Below, one piece after another: positions 17,461 to 28,981 of a stretch of DNA of 64,000 nt. Source of the stretch: a virus. Every line of letters starts with the position of its first letter. The first letter of the stretch is position 1. The translations under genes were made by a program, and so were the position numbers. The stretch lies in the IMG/VR virus record IMGVR_UViG_3300027631_002653, positions 1-64,000 of that record. One strand, written 5' to 3'. The notes under the pieces were generated by a model. The model saw only the letters and a program-made list of their open reading frames with translations, did not search any database and was not told where the DNA came from.

Positions 17461-20060
17461 TGTATCAATCTATCTATTATGATAGGGATACTTACGAATA
17501 CCATTTACGAGATGATGTAAAAGGTTGGAAGACATTTAAATATCAACCAACCCTTTACCAACTTGATCCAGATGGTGAATTTGAGACCCTAGATGGCCAA
17601 AACGTGTCCCCTATTAAAAAGATGGACAACTGGAAGGATCCTAAATATTTTGAAAAGGATGTTGATAAAGATACTCGTGTATTAGTTGACTTTTATTACG
17701 AATCTGATGAAACACCTTCATATCACAATTTAGTTTATCTGGATATTGAGTGTGAGATTGCAGGAGCACTTACACCTGAAAATATTAAAGATCCCAAAGG
17801 TAAAATTACATCTGTTGCTTTATACGATAACAATAGTAAAAAATATTATTGTTTAGTTTTAGATGAACAGAAACTAATGACTGAAGCTAAATCTGAAGGT
17901 AAAGAAGTTATTCCATATAAATCGGAAAAAGATTTATTAAATGGATTTCTCGATGTTTGGATTAAATTAGATCCAACTATTATTTCAGGGTGGAATAGTG
18001 AATTTTTTGATATACCTTATCTTTATTATCGTATTATTAAAGTATTAGGACAAGATTTAGCTAATTATTTATCTCCACTTCAAAAAGTTAAAACAAAAAT
18101 CGTTCAAACTAAAAATGGTTTAGCAGAACACGTAATTGTAGCTGGTCTTAATCATTTAGATTATATGAACTTATTTAAAAAGTTTATTACTAAACAAGAA
18201 TCAAGCTATGCATTAGGGAATATTGGAGAAAAATATGTTAAGTTAGGTAAAATAGAATATCAAGGTTCACTTGACAAATTATTTAGAGAAGATATAGACA
18301 AATTCATTGAATATAATATTCGAGATGTTGAAATTATTGTTGAATTAGAAAAATCACTTAAGTTTATTGAATTAACAGCAACAATTTGTCACCTGTGTCA
18401 TACACCTTATGAAACTATATATTATTCAACTGTATTAAATGAGGGAGCTATTTTAACTTACTTAAAACGTAAAGGTATAGTTTCACCTAATAAACCTACT
18501 ACATATAACCCCGGATTAAAAGAAATTAAGGAAGAATATGCTGGAGGTTATTTAAAAGACCCAATACCAGGTTTATATGAGTGGGTTATTGATTTAGACT
18601 TTACATCACTATATCCTAGTATTATCCGTTCATTAAATATGGGGATAGAAACATTAGTAGGTCGTGTTGTAAATAGAGATAAATTTGATAATCAATGGTC
18701 ATTAAGGGAACTTAAAAAAATGGACCCTAATAAGATTGTTGAAATTGAAAAGATTAATAAAAACCGCTCATTAGTTCGTTCTGAAGTTAAAGTAAAAGAT
18801 ATTGTTTCATTGATTGAAGAAGGTGATTTACTCATATCAGCTCCCGGTGTAATATTCCGTAAAGATAAATCAAGTGTTGTTTGTGAAATATTAGCTGACT
18901 GGTTTTCTAAACGCCAAGAATATAAGGTGTTAATGAAAAAAGCATATAAAGTCGATAATGACCCTATTATGGGTGAGTTTTATAATAAGCGTCAACACGC
19001 GTATAAGATTAAATTAAACGACGTTTACGGTGTATTTGCCATTAATGGTTGGAGATACACTGATGGACATAAATTTATTAGTAAAGCAATTACACTTACT
19101 GGACAAAGATTACTACAGGAAAGTATTAAAAATATGAATGCTTATCTAAATAAAGAGATGAATATTGATAAAGATTCAATTATTACAAGTGATACCGATA
19201 GTTTATTTATTCAATGTTCTAATTTATTATTACATAGACATCCAGATTTAGATTTAAATAATAAAGATGAAGTAATACCTAAAATATTAGAAATAGCTAC
19301 TGAATTACAAAACATGGCTAATAAATTTATAGGTGAATTTTGTCAAGAAGCATTTAACATTAAACCTGATGAACCACACTATTTTGAATTAAAACAAGAG
19401 GTTGTATTAGATAGAGGTTATTTTGCTGGTAAACGTAGATATGCTATTCATATTGTAAATAAGGAAGGTGTAACAACAGATGAGTTAGATATGAAAGGTC
19501 TAGATTTGATGAAATCAAATTTTCCCCCATTATTTAGAAAGTTTGGAGAACATATTTTAAATGAAGTTATGTTTGGTACTAAAAAATCATCTATTGATAA
19601 ACAAATACTTGAATTTAGAGAATCACTTAGAACAGTTGGTTGGGAACAAATTATGAAACCTACTGGATTAAAGAAAATGCAAGAATATATAGCATCAGGC
19701 CCAACAGCAGGTGAAATATTTTCTAAATTAGGTTTAAAATGTCCTATTAATACTAAAGCAGCTATCTATTACAATGATTTATTGCGTTTTAAAGGTTTAG
19801 ATAAAAAACATCCAACATTTCAAATAGGAGATAAAATGTACATTGGATACCTGAAGGAAAATCCGTATCGTATCGAAGTAATAGGATTTAATGGACATAG
19901 TGACCCACCTGAAATTATGAATTTTATAGAAAAATATATTGATAGGGATGGATTGTTTGATTCAGTATTAAAAAATAAATTAGAAGGTATTTATAGCGAT
20001 CTAGGTTGGGGTATGCCTATATTTAACAAAAAGATAAACAAATTTTTTACATTTGAATAA
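17460..20060 (+). CDS. DNA polymerase family B
   Basis: Exonuclease motifs DIEC, WNSEFFDIPY, YNIRD; polymerase motifs DFTSLYPSII, KIKLNDVYG, TSDTDS, KRRYA, KGLD. Confidence 0.95.
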   Translation: MYQSIYYDRDTYEYHLRDDVKGWKTFKYQPTLYQLDPDGEFETLDGQNVSPIKKMDNWKDPKYFEKDVDKDTRVLVDFYYESDETPSYHNLVYLDIECEIAGALTPENIKDPKGKITSVALYDNNSKKYYCLVLDEQKLMTEAKSEGKEVIPYKSEKDLLNGFLDVWIKLDPTIISGWNSEFFDIPYLYYRIIKVLGQDLANYLSPLQKVKTKIVQTKNGLAEHVIVAGLNHLDYMNLFKKFITKQESSYALGNIGEKYVKLGKIEYQGSLDKLFREDIDKFIEYNIRDVEIIVELEKSLKFIELTATICHLCHTPYETIYYSTVLNEGAILTYLKRKGIVSPNKPTTYNPGLKEIKEEYAGGYLKDPIPGLYEWVIDLDFTSLYPSIIRSLNMGIETLVGRVVNRDKFDNQWSLRELKKMDPNKIVEIEKINKNRSLVRSEVKVKDIVSLIEEGDLLISAPGVIFRKDKSSVVCEILADWFSKRQEYKVLMKKAYKVDNDPIMGEFYNKRQHAYKIKLNDVYGVFAINGWRYTDGHKFISKAITLTGQRLLQESIKNMNAYLNKEMNIDKDSIITSDTDSLFIQCSNLLLHRHPDLDLNNKDEVIPKILEIATELQNMANKFIGEFCQEAFNIKPDEPHYFELKQEVVLDRGYFAGKRRYAIHIVNKEGVTTDELDMKGLDLMKSNFPPLFRKFGEHILNEVMFGTKKSSIDKQILEFRESLRTVGWEQIMKPTGLKKMQEYIASGPTAGEIFSKLGLKCPINTKAAIYYNDLLRFKGLDKKHPTFQIGDKMYIGYLKENPYRIEVIGFNGHSDPPEIMNFIEKYIDRDGLFDSVLKNKLEGIYSDLGWGMPIFNKKINKFFTFE

Positions 20061-20063
20061 GTT

Positions 20064-20804
20064 ATGATAAACAAATTAGACCTAACATCAGTTATTTCAA
20101 AATATTACCTTAACGGGATGATTGAACCCGTTAAATGGGATATTAAAGATGAAACCTTAACAATTAAATTTAATGCTCCTACTAAGGATATGATTGGTAA
20201 AGTTGTATTTAAAGGTATGCCTCTTGAAGATTCAATAATTGCTATTAGTAATACTACTCAATTAAATAAACTAATCGGTATTACAAATGGTTATTTAGAA
20301 TTAAGTTATGTAAAAATAAACAAGTTTATTACTAAGTTAATTATAGCTGATAATCAATTTACTTTAAATTATGCTTTAGCTGATACTATGATTATTCCTA
20401 AAGCTGGTGAATTAAATGATGATACTGAGTGGAATATTGAAGCGCCTTTAGATAATGAAAGTATTAATGCTATTGTTAGAGCCAAATCAGCATTAGCTGA
20501 AAGTGAAACTGTAGTTATTAAACCATACGAAAACGCTGATGGTGAATTTCAAATTGAAATGCAGTTTGGTGGTAACGTAGAACATGCTAATAAAGTATCA
20601 TTTTATATACCACAAGCAACATCAAATAATATACCAGACGACTTTAAAGAACACTATAATTCAAATATGATTAAAGAAATCATGTATTGTAATAAAGATA
20701 TGGCCGGTGGTACTATTAAGATTAATTTAGACGGTATAATGGAACTTACATTTGAAAACGAAAATGTTAAAAGTACGTACTATGTCGTGTCAAAAGAGAT
20801 ATAG
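20064..20804 (+). CDS. Putative sliding clamp (gp45-like)
   Basis: 246 aa directly after the polymerase; two-repeat beta-rich pattern; clamp loader genes nearby. Confidence 0.65.
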   Translation: MINKLDLTSVISKYYLNGMIEPVKWDIKDETLTIKFNAPTKDMIGKVVFKGMPLEDSIIAISNTTQLNKLIGITNGYLELSYVKINKFITKLIIADNQFTLNYALADTMIIPKAGELNDDTEWNIEAPLDNESINAIVRAKSALAESETVVIKPYENADGEFQIEMQFGGNVEHANKVSFYIPQATSNNIPDDFKEHYNSNMIKEIMYCNKDMAGGTIKINLDGIMELTFENENVKSTYYVVSKEI

Positions 20805-20854
20805 TAGTATATGTATAACCGCACACAAAGTTATGAAGAAATAGAACCTTAGGG

Positions 20855-20883
20855 TTGGCTATATGAAGGAAATTTCGTATATT
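20855..20883 (+). promoter_or_regulatory. TTGG-N19-TATATT promoter
   Basis: TTGG 20855-20858, TTCG-TATATT-CACG with TATATT at 20878. Confidence 0.8.
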
Positions 20884-20907
20884 CACGTATAATAAAAAAT
20901 CAAAGTT

Positions 20908-21225
20908 ATGACAAAAGAAAAAGAAGAATCAACAATCACCACAATTCGCGATCCAAGAATCGAACCTTATTTTATTGGTAAGGACTCTCATTGTTACACA
21001 GTATACGAAACTATCACTCCTGATATACGTTATACTGAAGACAACAAACCAGGTAAAGAATATGTTAAGGCCTTAGGTCATTATGGTAACTTTGGTTCTT
21101 GTCTAAAAGTAATCGCTCGTAATAAAACAAATGACAAACAAAATTACGAGTCAATTACAGAATATCTTGAAACATACAAACAAACAGAAAAATTAATCAA
21201 CGAACTAATAAACACAGGAATCTAA
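20908..21225 (+). CDS. Hypothetical protein
   Basis: ORF after the promoter. Confidence 0.6.
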   Translation: MTKEKEESTITTIRDPRIEPYFIGKDSHCYTVYETITPDIRYTEDNKPGKEYVKALGHYGNFGSCLKVIARNKTNDKQNYESITEYLETYKQTEKLINELINTGI

Positions 21226-21227
21226 AC

Positions 21228-23137
<1,910 letters not shown>

Positions 23138-23153
23138 TTTTTAGATTAATTAA

Positions 23154-23354
23154 ATGAGAGACGCAGTAGACTTATTAGGAAAAACACTACTTATAGAAGA
23201 AATAAATTACATAATTGAAAAAATGTATTTTGTTCCCGGTGCAATATCTAAAGAACATTATTTGTACTTTAAATTACAAAAAGAAGATGGATGTTTTGTA
23301 AATTATTCCTATTATAGTCTACTGCCTTATATTAAAAAACAAATCAGGTTATGA
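23154..23354 (+). CDS. Hypothetical protein
   Basis: Packed ORF. Confidence 0.5.
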   Translation: MRDAVDLLGKTLLIEEINYIIEKMYFVPGAISKEHYLYFKLQKEDGCFVNYSYYSLLPYIKKQIRL

Positions 23355-23602
23355 AAAAAGAAGTAGAAAAAAATATTAAAATTGCTGATAGAGTTCCTCC
23401 TGGAGACAGGTGGCAAGTAACGGGGGTTAAAGAAATTCAACCCTCACTTACTGATGCTTTAAATGCTTATTATGTTTCATCAACTGTAAAACCTCAAGCA
23501 TTTAGGCTTGAACCCTTAAAAGGAATGTTGTATATTATCACAACGGAGGAGGTAGAAGTACTTCAACCAAAACCCAAAACATTTAATTTATACGGAGAGT
23601 AA
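23351..23602 (+). CDS. Hypothetical protein
   Basis: Packed ORF. Confidence 0.55.
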   Translation: MKKEVEKNIKIADRVPPGDRWQVTGVKEIQPSLTDALNAYYVSSTVKPQAFRLEPLKGMLYIITTEEVEVLQPKPKTFNLYGE

Positions 23603-24534
23603 TGAGTAGAAAAGAACATACATTATGGGTTGAACTCTATAGACCTAAAGTATTAGAAGATTATGTCGGTAACGAAAATATTAAAAAAACAATCCAACAA
23701 TATCTAAACCAAAATGATATTCAAAATTTTATTTTCTATGGTCCAGCTGGAACTGGTAAAACTACTCTTGCTAAGCTCATTATTGGTAATCTTGATTGTG
23801 ATTATATCTATATTAACGCTTCCGATGAGCGTGGTATTGAGACTATTAGAGATAAGGTACAAGGTTTCGCGTCTACTGCTTCTTTTAAGCCGCTCAAAGT
23901 TATCATCTTGGATGAGGCTGATTTCCTTACTATACAAGCTCAAGCGTCGCTCCGAAATATAATTGAAACATTTTCACGTACTACAAGATTTATTTTAACT
24001 TGTAATTATGTTGAACGTATTATCGATCCTCTCCAATCACGTTGTCAGGTACTTAAGATTGTTCCACCTTCAAAAATAGATGTAGCAAAACACATAGCTG
24101 GTATTTTAGAGAAAGAAAATGCTGAGTATGATATTAATGATTTAAAATCAGTTGTAAATCAATTTTATCCTGACCTTCGTAAGATACTTAATACATTACA
24201 ATTAAGTAACCATGATGGTAAAATTACAATGGATAAATCATTACTTGTATCTAATAGCTACATGACTCAGGTTGTAAAAGAATTACAAGCAAAATCACCC
24301 AATTGGAGAACAATTAGACAAATTATTGCTGATGCTAATGTAAATGATTTTGAAGAACTGTATAGATACCTGTATGATAATGCAAGTGATTATGCTTCTG
24401 GCAATGAGGGTATGGTTGCAATTTACATTAATGAATACACGTATCAATCGAATTTTAGAATTGATAAAGAAATAAATTGTATGGCTTTAATTAGCCGATT
24501 AATTGAATTAGCAAAACCACAATTAATAAAATAA
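23602..24534 (+). CDS. Clamp loader ATPase subunit (RFC small / gp44-like)
   Basis: WVELYRP, GPAGTGKTT, INASDERG, LDEAD, LQSRC. Confidence 0.93.
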   Translation: MSRKEHTLWVELYRPKVLEDYVGNENIKKTIQQYLNQNDIQNFIFYGPAGTGKTTLAKLIIGNLDCDYIYINASDERGIETIRDKVQGFASTASFKPLKVIILDEADFLTIQAQASLRNIIETFSRTTRFILTCNYVERIIDPLQSRCQVLKIVPPSKIDVAKHIAGILEKENAEYDINDLKSVVNQFYPDLRKILNTLQLSNHDGKITMDKSLLVSNSYMTQVVKELQAKSPNWRTIRQIIADANVNDFEELYRYLYDNASDYASGNEGMVAIYINEYTYQSNFRIDKEINCMALISRLIELAKPQLIK

Positions 24535-24537
24535 AAT

Positions 24538-24750
24538 ATGAAACATTTCACATTTTATCTTTTAACTTGGATATCTCAAAATTTATCTGTACCGTTCTGG
24601 ATGGTAGGACATGTTCATTTAACTATGAATGTGTATCAAGACATACATGAAATCCTTATGTCATTTGGTATGAATATTATAGTAGCAATTGGATTTTATT
24701 TAGATTATAAAAAATATAAAAATGAACAAACAACAACAACAAAGTCTTAA
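24538..24750 (+). CDS. Small membrane protein
   Basis: Two hydrophobic segments. Confidence 0.5.
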   Translation: MKHFTFYLLTWISQNLSVPFWMVGHVHLTMNVYQDIHEILMSFGMNIIVAIGFYLDYKKYKNEQTTTTKS

Positions 24751-24967
24751 TATTGATATTAAGAACACAACCCCAGTATTATCTCCTGATGGAAATGCTG
24801 TATTTCAAGAAGGTGTAATTTTACGAAAAGTATCTCGTTTTGTAACAGGAACATCTGAAGATGGAATTATTCCAGTACCATGTTTTTTTGATGTGATTAC
24901 TGGTAAACCATTATTAGAAATGCTTCCTAAAGAATTAAGAGATGAGTTCAGCGATGACAATATTTAA
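24722..24967 (+). CDS. Hypothetical protein
   Basis: ILRKVSRFVTGT..D.IIPVP pattern; lies between clamp loader genes. Confidence 0.6.
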   Translation: MNKQQQQSLNIDIKNTTPVLSPDGNAVFQEGVILRKVSRFVTGTSEDGIIPVPCFFDVITGKPLLEMLPKELRDEFSDDNI

Positions 24968-25376
24968 TTGGCTAGAACAAATCACTTACGAAAAAAAAGA
25001 TTGGAAGAGTTTTACAGAAGATCAGCAATCTTCGTTTAATTCTTACATGGTTCATAGATTTTTGAGTATGTATGAGGGATATATTGATATAACAAATGTT
25101 GTACAAAAATTCCCTTATACTGAAAAAGAAACCATCTATAACACATACAAGTCTATGATACCAAAAAAGAAAATGTTTTTAAAATACATTAAAACTACTC
25201 GTAAAAAAACATCTGATTCATTACTAGTTCATATTGCTGATTACTTTACGTGTGGGCTTGGAGAAGCAGAAGAATTTACATATATTTTACGAAAAGAAGG
25301 TGTACATCATATTCTTTCACAACGTGGTATTGAAGAAAAAGAAATTAAAAAGTTATTAAAAGATTTAGTTATATGA
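24954..25376 (+). CDS. Putative clamp loader small subunit (gp62-like)
   Basis: MTIFNWL..IT, FNSYMVHRFLS, IPKKKMFLKYIK; position next to gp44-like gene. Confidence 0.6.
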   Translation: MTIFNWLEQITYEKKDWKSFTEDQQSSFNSYMVHRFLSMYEGYIDITNVVQKFPYTEKETIYNTYKSMIPKKKMFLKYIKTTRKKTSDSLLVHIADYFTCGLGEAEEFTYILRKEGVHHILSQRGIEEKEIKKLLKDLVI

Positions 25377-25783
25377 CAAAAAACTCAGAAATATGGGGAG
25401 GTGTAACATTCAACTCTCAACCTTCTTTAAACCTAACAGGAACTAAAAAAGCAGTTGTTGATTTTGAAAATACTTATCCAACACTAGCAGAAGCTTGGAA
25501 AGTAACTCAACAAGAACAATATGAGTTGTTTGCTGAAAAAATGATGGATTATGGTTTATCTAATATTTCATTAGGTACTAATCTTGAAGAAGCAGAAGAT
25601 ATTAATTTATCATTAACTGGTATTTGGCTTCGTTGTAATGATAAAATCAATCGTTTAAAAAATATGTTAAAACGTAAAGGTCATAATTATGTTCAAAATG
25701 AACCAATGATTGATAGCTTTATAGATATTTCTAACTATGGCATCATTGCTCAGTTAGTGATGAAAGGTAAATGGAAAAAATAA
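25373..25783 (+). CDS. DUF1599 / nucleotide-modification-associated all-alpha domain protein
   Basis: LFAEKMMDYG, RCNDKINRL, EPMIDSFIDISNYGII. Confidence 0.65.
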   Translation: MTKNSEIWGGVTFNSQPSLNLTGTKKAVVDFENTYPTLAEAWKVTQQEQYELFAEKMMDYGLSNISLGTNLEEAEDINLSLTGIWLRCNDKINRLKNMLKRKGHNYVQNEPMIDSFIDISNYGIIAQLVMKGKWKK

Positions 25784-25786
25784 GAT

Positions 25787-26317
25787 ATGCCAACTAGTTT
25801 ACACCTCCACAAAGACGCAATTTTCGAACATATTCGTACTGTTGTTTTAGAATATTTACCTAAACGTTATAAAATTTTAGATGTAGGTCCAGGCATTGGA
25901 ATTTACGGAAGCAACTTACAAGATTTAAATATTGATGCTGTTGAAATCCATGAACCATATATTGAACAATATAAAATTAAAAGATACTATAAAAATGTAT
26001 TTGTAGGAAATATTTTAGAATTTAACTATGATGATTATGATTATATTATTATTGGAGATGTTTTAGAACATATCCATGTTGAAGCAGCTCAAAAATTAAT
26101 TAAAGATATTACCTTAAAAGGTATTAAATGTTTAGTAGCAGTTCCATTTAATTGTCCTCAAGATGCTGTAGATGGAGTAGAATCTGAAATCCACCACCAA
26201 CCAGATCTAACCCCTAGAATAATGAGATCAAGATATCCAGAATTAGAAGTATATTTAAGTACTAATATGACTGATGGATATGCCTACTACACAAATTACC
26301 TTAAATGGATTAAATAA
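25787..26317 (+). CDS. Class I SAM-dependent methyltransferase
   Basis: ILDVGPGIG, DAVEI, GDVLEH. Confidence 0.8.
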   Translation: MPTSLHLHKDAIFEHIRTVVLEYLPKRYKILDVGPGIGIYGSNLQDLNIDAVEIHEPYIEQYKIKRYYKNVFVGNILEFNYDDYDYIIIGDVLEHIHVEAAQKLIKDITLKGIKCLVAVPFNCPQDAVDGVESEIHHQPDLTPRIMRSRYPELEVYLSTNMTDGYAYYTNYLKWIK

Positions 26318-26323
26318 AAAGTT

Positions 26324-27277
26324 TTGAGTAGAAAGAAAAAAATACCACAAATAGTAAAACAAATACAGAAACAACCACTACGAGAATTAAATTATGCTTT
26401 TGAAAAAGCAATATCTTATAGTCAATTTTCAGTATTTGCTCATTGTCCTCGTAAATGGAGTTTACAGTATAGGGACGGTCACTACACGTCAGAATCATCG
26501 ATTCATATGACATTTGGTACAGCGATGCATGAAACTTTACAGCATTATATAACAACTATATACAACGTTAGTGGCGCTGAAGCTGACCGCATTGACCTAG
26601 AAGAATATTTTTATGATAAATTGGGTGAAATTTATAGAAAAGATCTTAAATCAAATAAAAATGTCCATTTTACAAATCCAGAAGAATTAAATGAGTTTTA
26701 CGAGGATGGACTTGAAATAATTAGGTATATTAAGAAAAAACGTAATGGTTATTTTAGTAAACGAGGATGGCATTTAATTGGGTGTGAAATACCTCTTATG
26801 GTTAATCCAAACCCTCAATACTCAAATATTTTATATAAAGGATATTTAGACTTAGTATTATATCACGAAGCTACTAATAAATTTAAAATATTTGATATTA
26901 AAACATCTACTAGAGGATGGGGTGATAAAGAGAAAAAAGATGAAATTAAACAATATCAACTTATACTCTATAAAAAATTCTTTGCCCAACAGTTTAACGT
27001 TCCTATTGACGATATTGAAATTGAATTCTTTATTGTTAAACGTAAAGTCTGGGAACAATCCGAATTTCCAATATCTAGAATTCAAGAATTTAGACCAGTA
27101 TCTGGTAAAGTTAAATTAAATAAAGCATATACAGCAATAAATGATTTTGTTGGTATAGCATTTAATCCAAACGGAACACATAATACTAAAATACATTTAC
27201 CAAATCCATCCGTACATAATTGTAAATTTTGCCCTTTTAAAGATAATAAAGAGTTGTGTGATAAGGGGTTACTTTAA
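26324..27277 (+). CDS. PD-(D/E)XK nuclease (RecB/Cas4-like)
   Basis: SYSQ..CP, FGTAMH, GYLD, DIKTS, QLILY, CKFCPF. Confidence 0.85.
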   Translation: MSRKKKIPQIVKQIQKQPLRELNYAFEKAISYSQFSVFAHCPRKWSLQYRDGHYTSESSIHMTFGTAMHETLQHYITTIYNVSGAEADRIDLEEYFYDKLGEIYRKDLKSNKNVHFTNPEELNEFYEDGLEIIRYIKKKRNGYFSKRGWHLIGCEIPLMVNPNPQYSNILYKGYLDLVLYHEATNKFKIFDIKTSTRGWGDKEKKDEIKQYQLILYKKFFAQQFNVPIDDIEIEFFIVKRKVWEQSEFPISRIQEFRPVSGKVKLNKAYTAINDFVGIAFNPNGTHNTKIHLPNPSVHNCKFCPFKDNKELCDKGLL

Positions 27278-27288
27278 GGAATCTACAT

Positions 27289-27297
27289 ATATTTATA
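27289..27297 (+). promoter_or_regulatory. ATATTTATA motif (candidate second promoter class)
   Basis: Intergenic, about 25 nt upstream of ATG 27322; recurs at other operon heads. Confidence 0.45.
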
Positions 27298-27321
27298 TAT
27301 ATAAAAATAATAATAAAAGCT

Positions 27322-27513
27322 ATGGAAAAAAAAGATATGACGTTAACAAGCGTAAAAGTAAAAAGCGACTTGTTTGACAACTTTAAAATTGCTTGTGTAA
27401 AATACAAATTTTCACTACAAAAACTTGCCGACCGTACAATCCATTTGTACCTTACCGATGATGATTTTAGAAAAAAAGTACATAACCACAACAATTTAGA
27501 CATTAAAGAATAA
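27322..27513 (+). CDS. Small ribbon-helix-helix-like DNA-binding protein
   Basis: LTSVKV beta strand followed by two helices. Confidence 0.5.
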   Translation: MEKKDMTLTSVKVKSDLFDNFKIACVKYKFSLQKLADRTIHLYLTDDDFRKKVHNHNNLDIKE

Positions 27514-27534
27514 ATAAACAACCAAATTAGTTAT

Positions 27535-28980
27535 ATGAATAATAGTTTTAAATATCTGCCAAAAGAGCAGCGTAAAAAAATTCTACTCATCTGTGATGAC
27601 ATCAGAGTCCATTCAGGGGTAGCAACAGTAGGAAGAGAAATAGTAATTCAAACCTCTCAACATTTTAATTGGGTTAATATTGGTGGAGCTATTAAACATC
27701 CCGAAGAAGGTAAACGTTTAGATTTATCTCAATCAACCAACGAAGCAATAGGAATAACAGATTCCTCTGTTACAATGTATCCTGTAAATGATTATGGTAA
27801 TCCTGATATTTTAAGGAATCTTATCAAATTTGAAAAACCAGATGCGATTATGTTAATTACAGATCCTCGTTATTTCCTTTGGTTATTTGCTATGGAAAAT
27901 GAAATTCGTAAATCAATTCCAATTACTTATTTAAATATTTGGGATGATTATCCAGCACCTTTATATAATAAACCTTATTATGAAGCTTGTGATTTATTGA
28001 TGGGGATTTCTAAACAAACTGTAAACATTAATAAACTGGTATTAGACGATAAATCTAATAGTAGAATTGTTAAATATGTTCCTCATGGATTAAATGATAA
28101 AAATATATTTCCTATTGATTCTAATCATGAAAAATGGAGCGAACTTCAGGAATTTAAAAAACAATTATTTAAGGGTAAACAATATGAATTTGTTTTATTA
28201 TTTAACTCAAGAAATATTAGACGTAAACAAATTCCAGATACAATGTTAGCTTATAGGTATTTTATTGATCAATTACCAATTGAACAAGCTAAAAAATGTT
28301 GTTTATTACTTCATACAGAATTAGTAACTGAACACGGAACTGATCTTCCAGCAGTACAAGAATTATTATTAAATGGTGAGCAATATAATGTTGTTTTTAC
28401 AAATCAAGTATTTAATAATTATCAGATGAATTTATTATATAATAGTACTGATTGTCAAATTCAATTAACATCAAATGAAGGGTGGGGATTAAGTTTAACT
28501 GAAGCTATGTTAGTAGGTAATCCAATTATTGCTAACGTAACAGGTGGTATGCAAGATCAAATGCGTTTTGAATTTGAAGATGGTACTTGGATTGATTTTG
28601 ATGCTGATTTCCCTTCAAATCATAGAGGTACAATTAAAAAGCACGGTGAGTGGGCCTTCCCCGTTTACCCAACCTCCCGCTCAATTGTAGGTTCCCCTCC
28701 AACACCTTATATTTACGATGATAGATGCGAATCAGAAGATGCAGCTGAACAAATTATGGCTGTTTATTCTTTAAGTAAAGAAGAACGTAAAGCTAAAGGT
28801 TTAAAAGGTAGAGAATGGGCATTAAGTGATGAAGCTGGATTTACAGGAGAACATCAAGGTAAAAGAGTTATTGAGGCATTTGATGAATTATTTGCTACTT
28901 GGAAACCAAGAGAAAAATTTGAATTAATTGATGTTAATGAAGTAAAAGATAGAGTTATAAACCATAAATTATTATATTAA
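27535..28980 (+). CDS. GT-B (GT4-like) glycosyltransferase
   Basis: HSGVA, VPHG, RNIRRKQ, NEGWGLSLTEAM. Confidence 0.85.
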   Translation: MNNSFKYLPKEQRKKILLICDDIRVHSGVATVGREIVIQTSQHFNWVNIGGAIKHPEEGKRLDLSQSTNEAIGITDSSVTMYPVNDYGNPDILRNLIKFEKPDAIMLITDPRYFLWLFAMENEIRKSIPITYLNIWDDYPAPLYNKPYYEACDLLMGISKQTVNINKLVLDDKSNSRIVKYVPHGLNDKNIFPIDSNHEKWSELQEFKKQLFKGKQYEFVLLFNSRNIRRKQIPDTMLAYRYFIDQLPIEQAKKCCLLLHTELVTEHGTDLPAVQELLLNGEQYNVVFTNQVFNNYQMNLLYNSTDCQIQLTSNEGWGLSLTEAMLVGNPIIANVTGGMQDQMRFEFEDGTWIDFDADFPSNHRGTIKKHGEWAFPVYPTSRSIVGSPPTPYIYDDRCESEDAAEQIMAVYSLSKEERKAKGLKGREWALSDEAGFTGEHQGKRVIEAFDELFATWKPREKFELIDVNEVKDRVINHKLLY

Positions 28981-28981
28981 G

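Noticed and set aside
2702-20060. Inteins or introns in the helicase, RNR or PolB
   Set aside because: Lengths are normal and motifs contiguous; no intein-like or homing insertions are visible
26324-27277. Cas4 as evidence of a CRISPR-Cas system
   Set aside because: A solitary PD-(D/E)XK nuclease is typical of phage replication modules; no other cas genes or array are present
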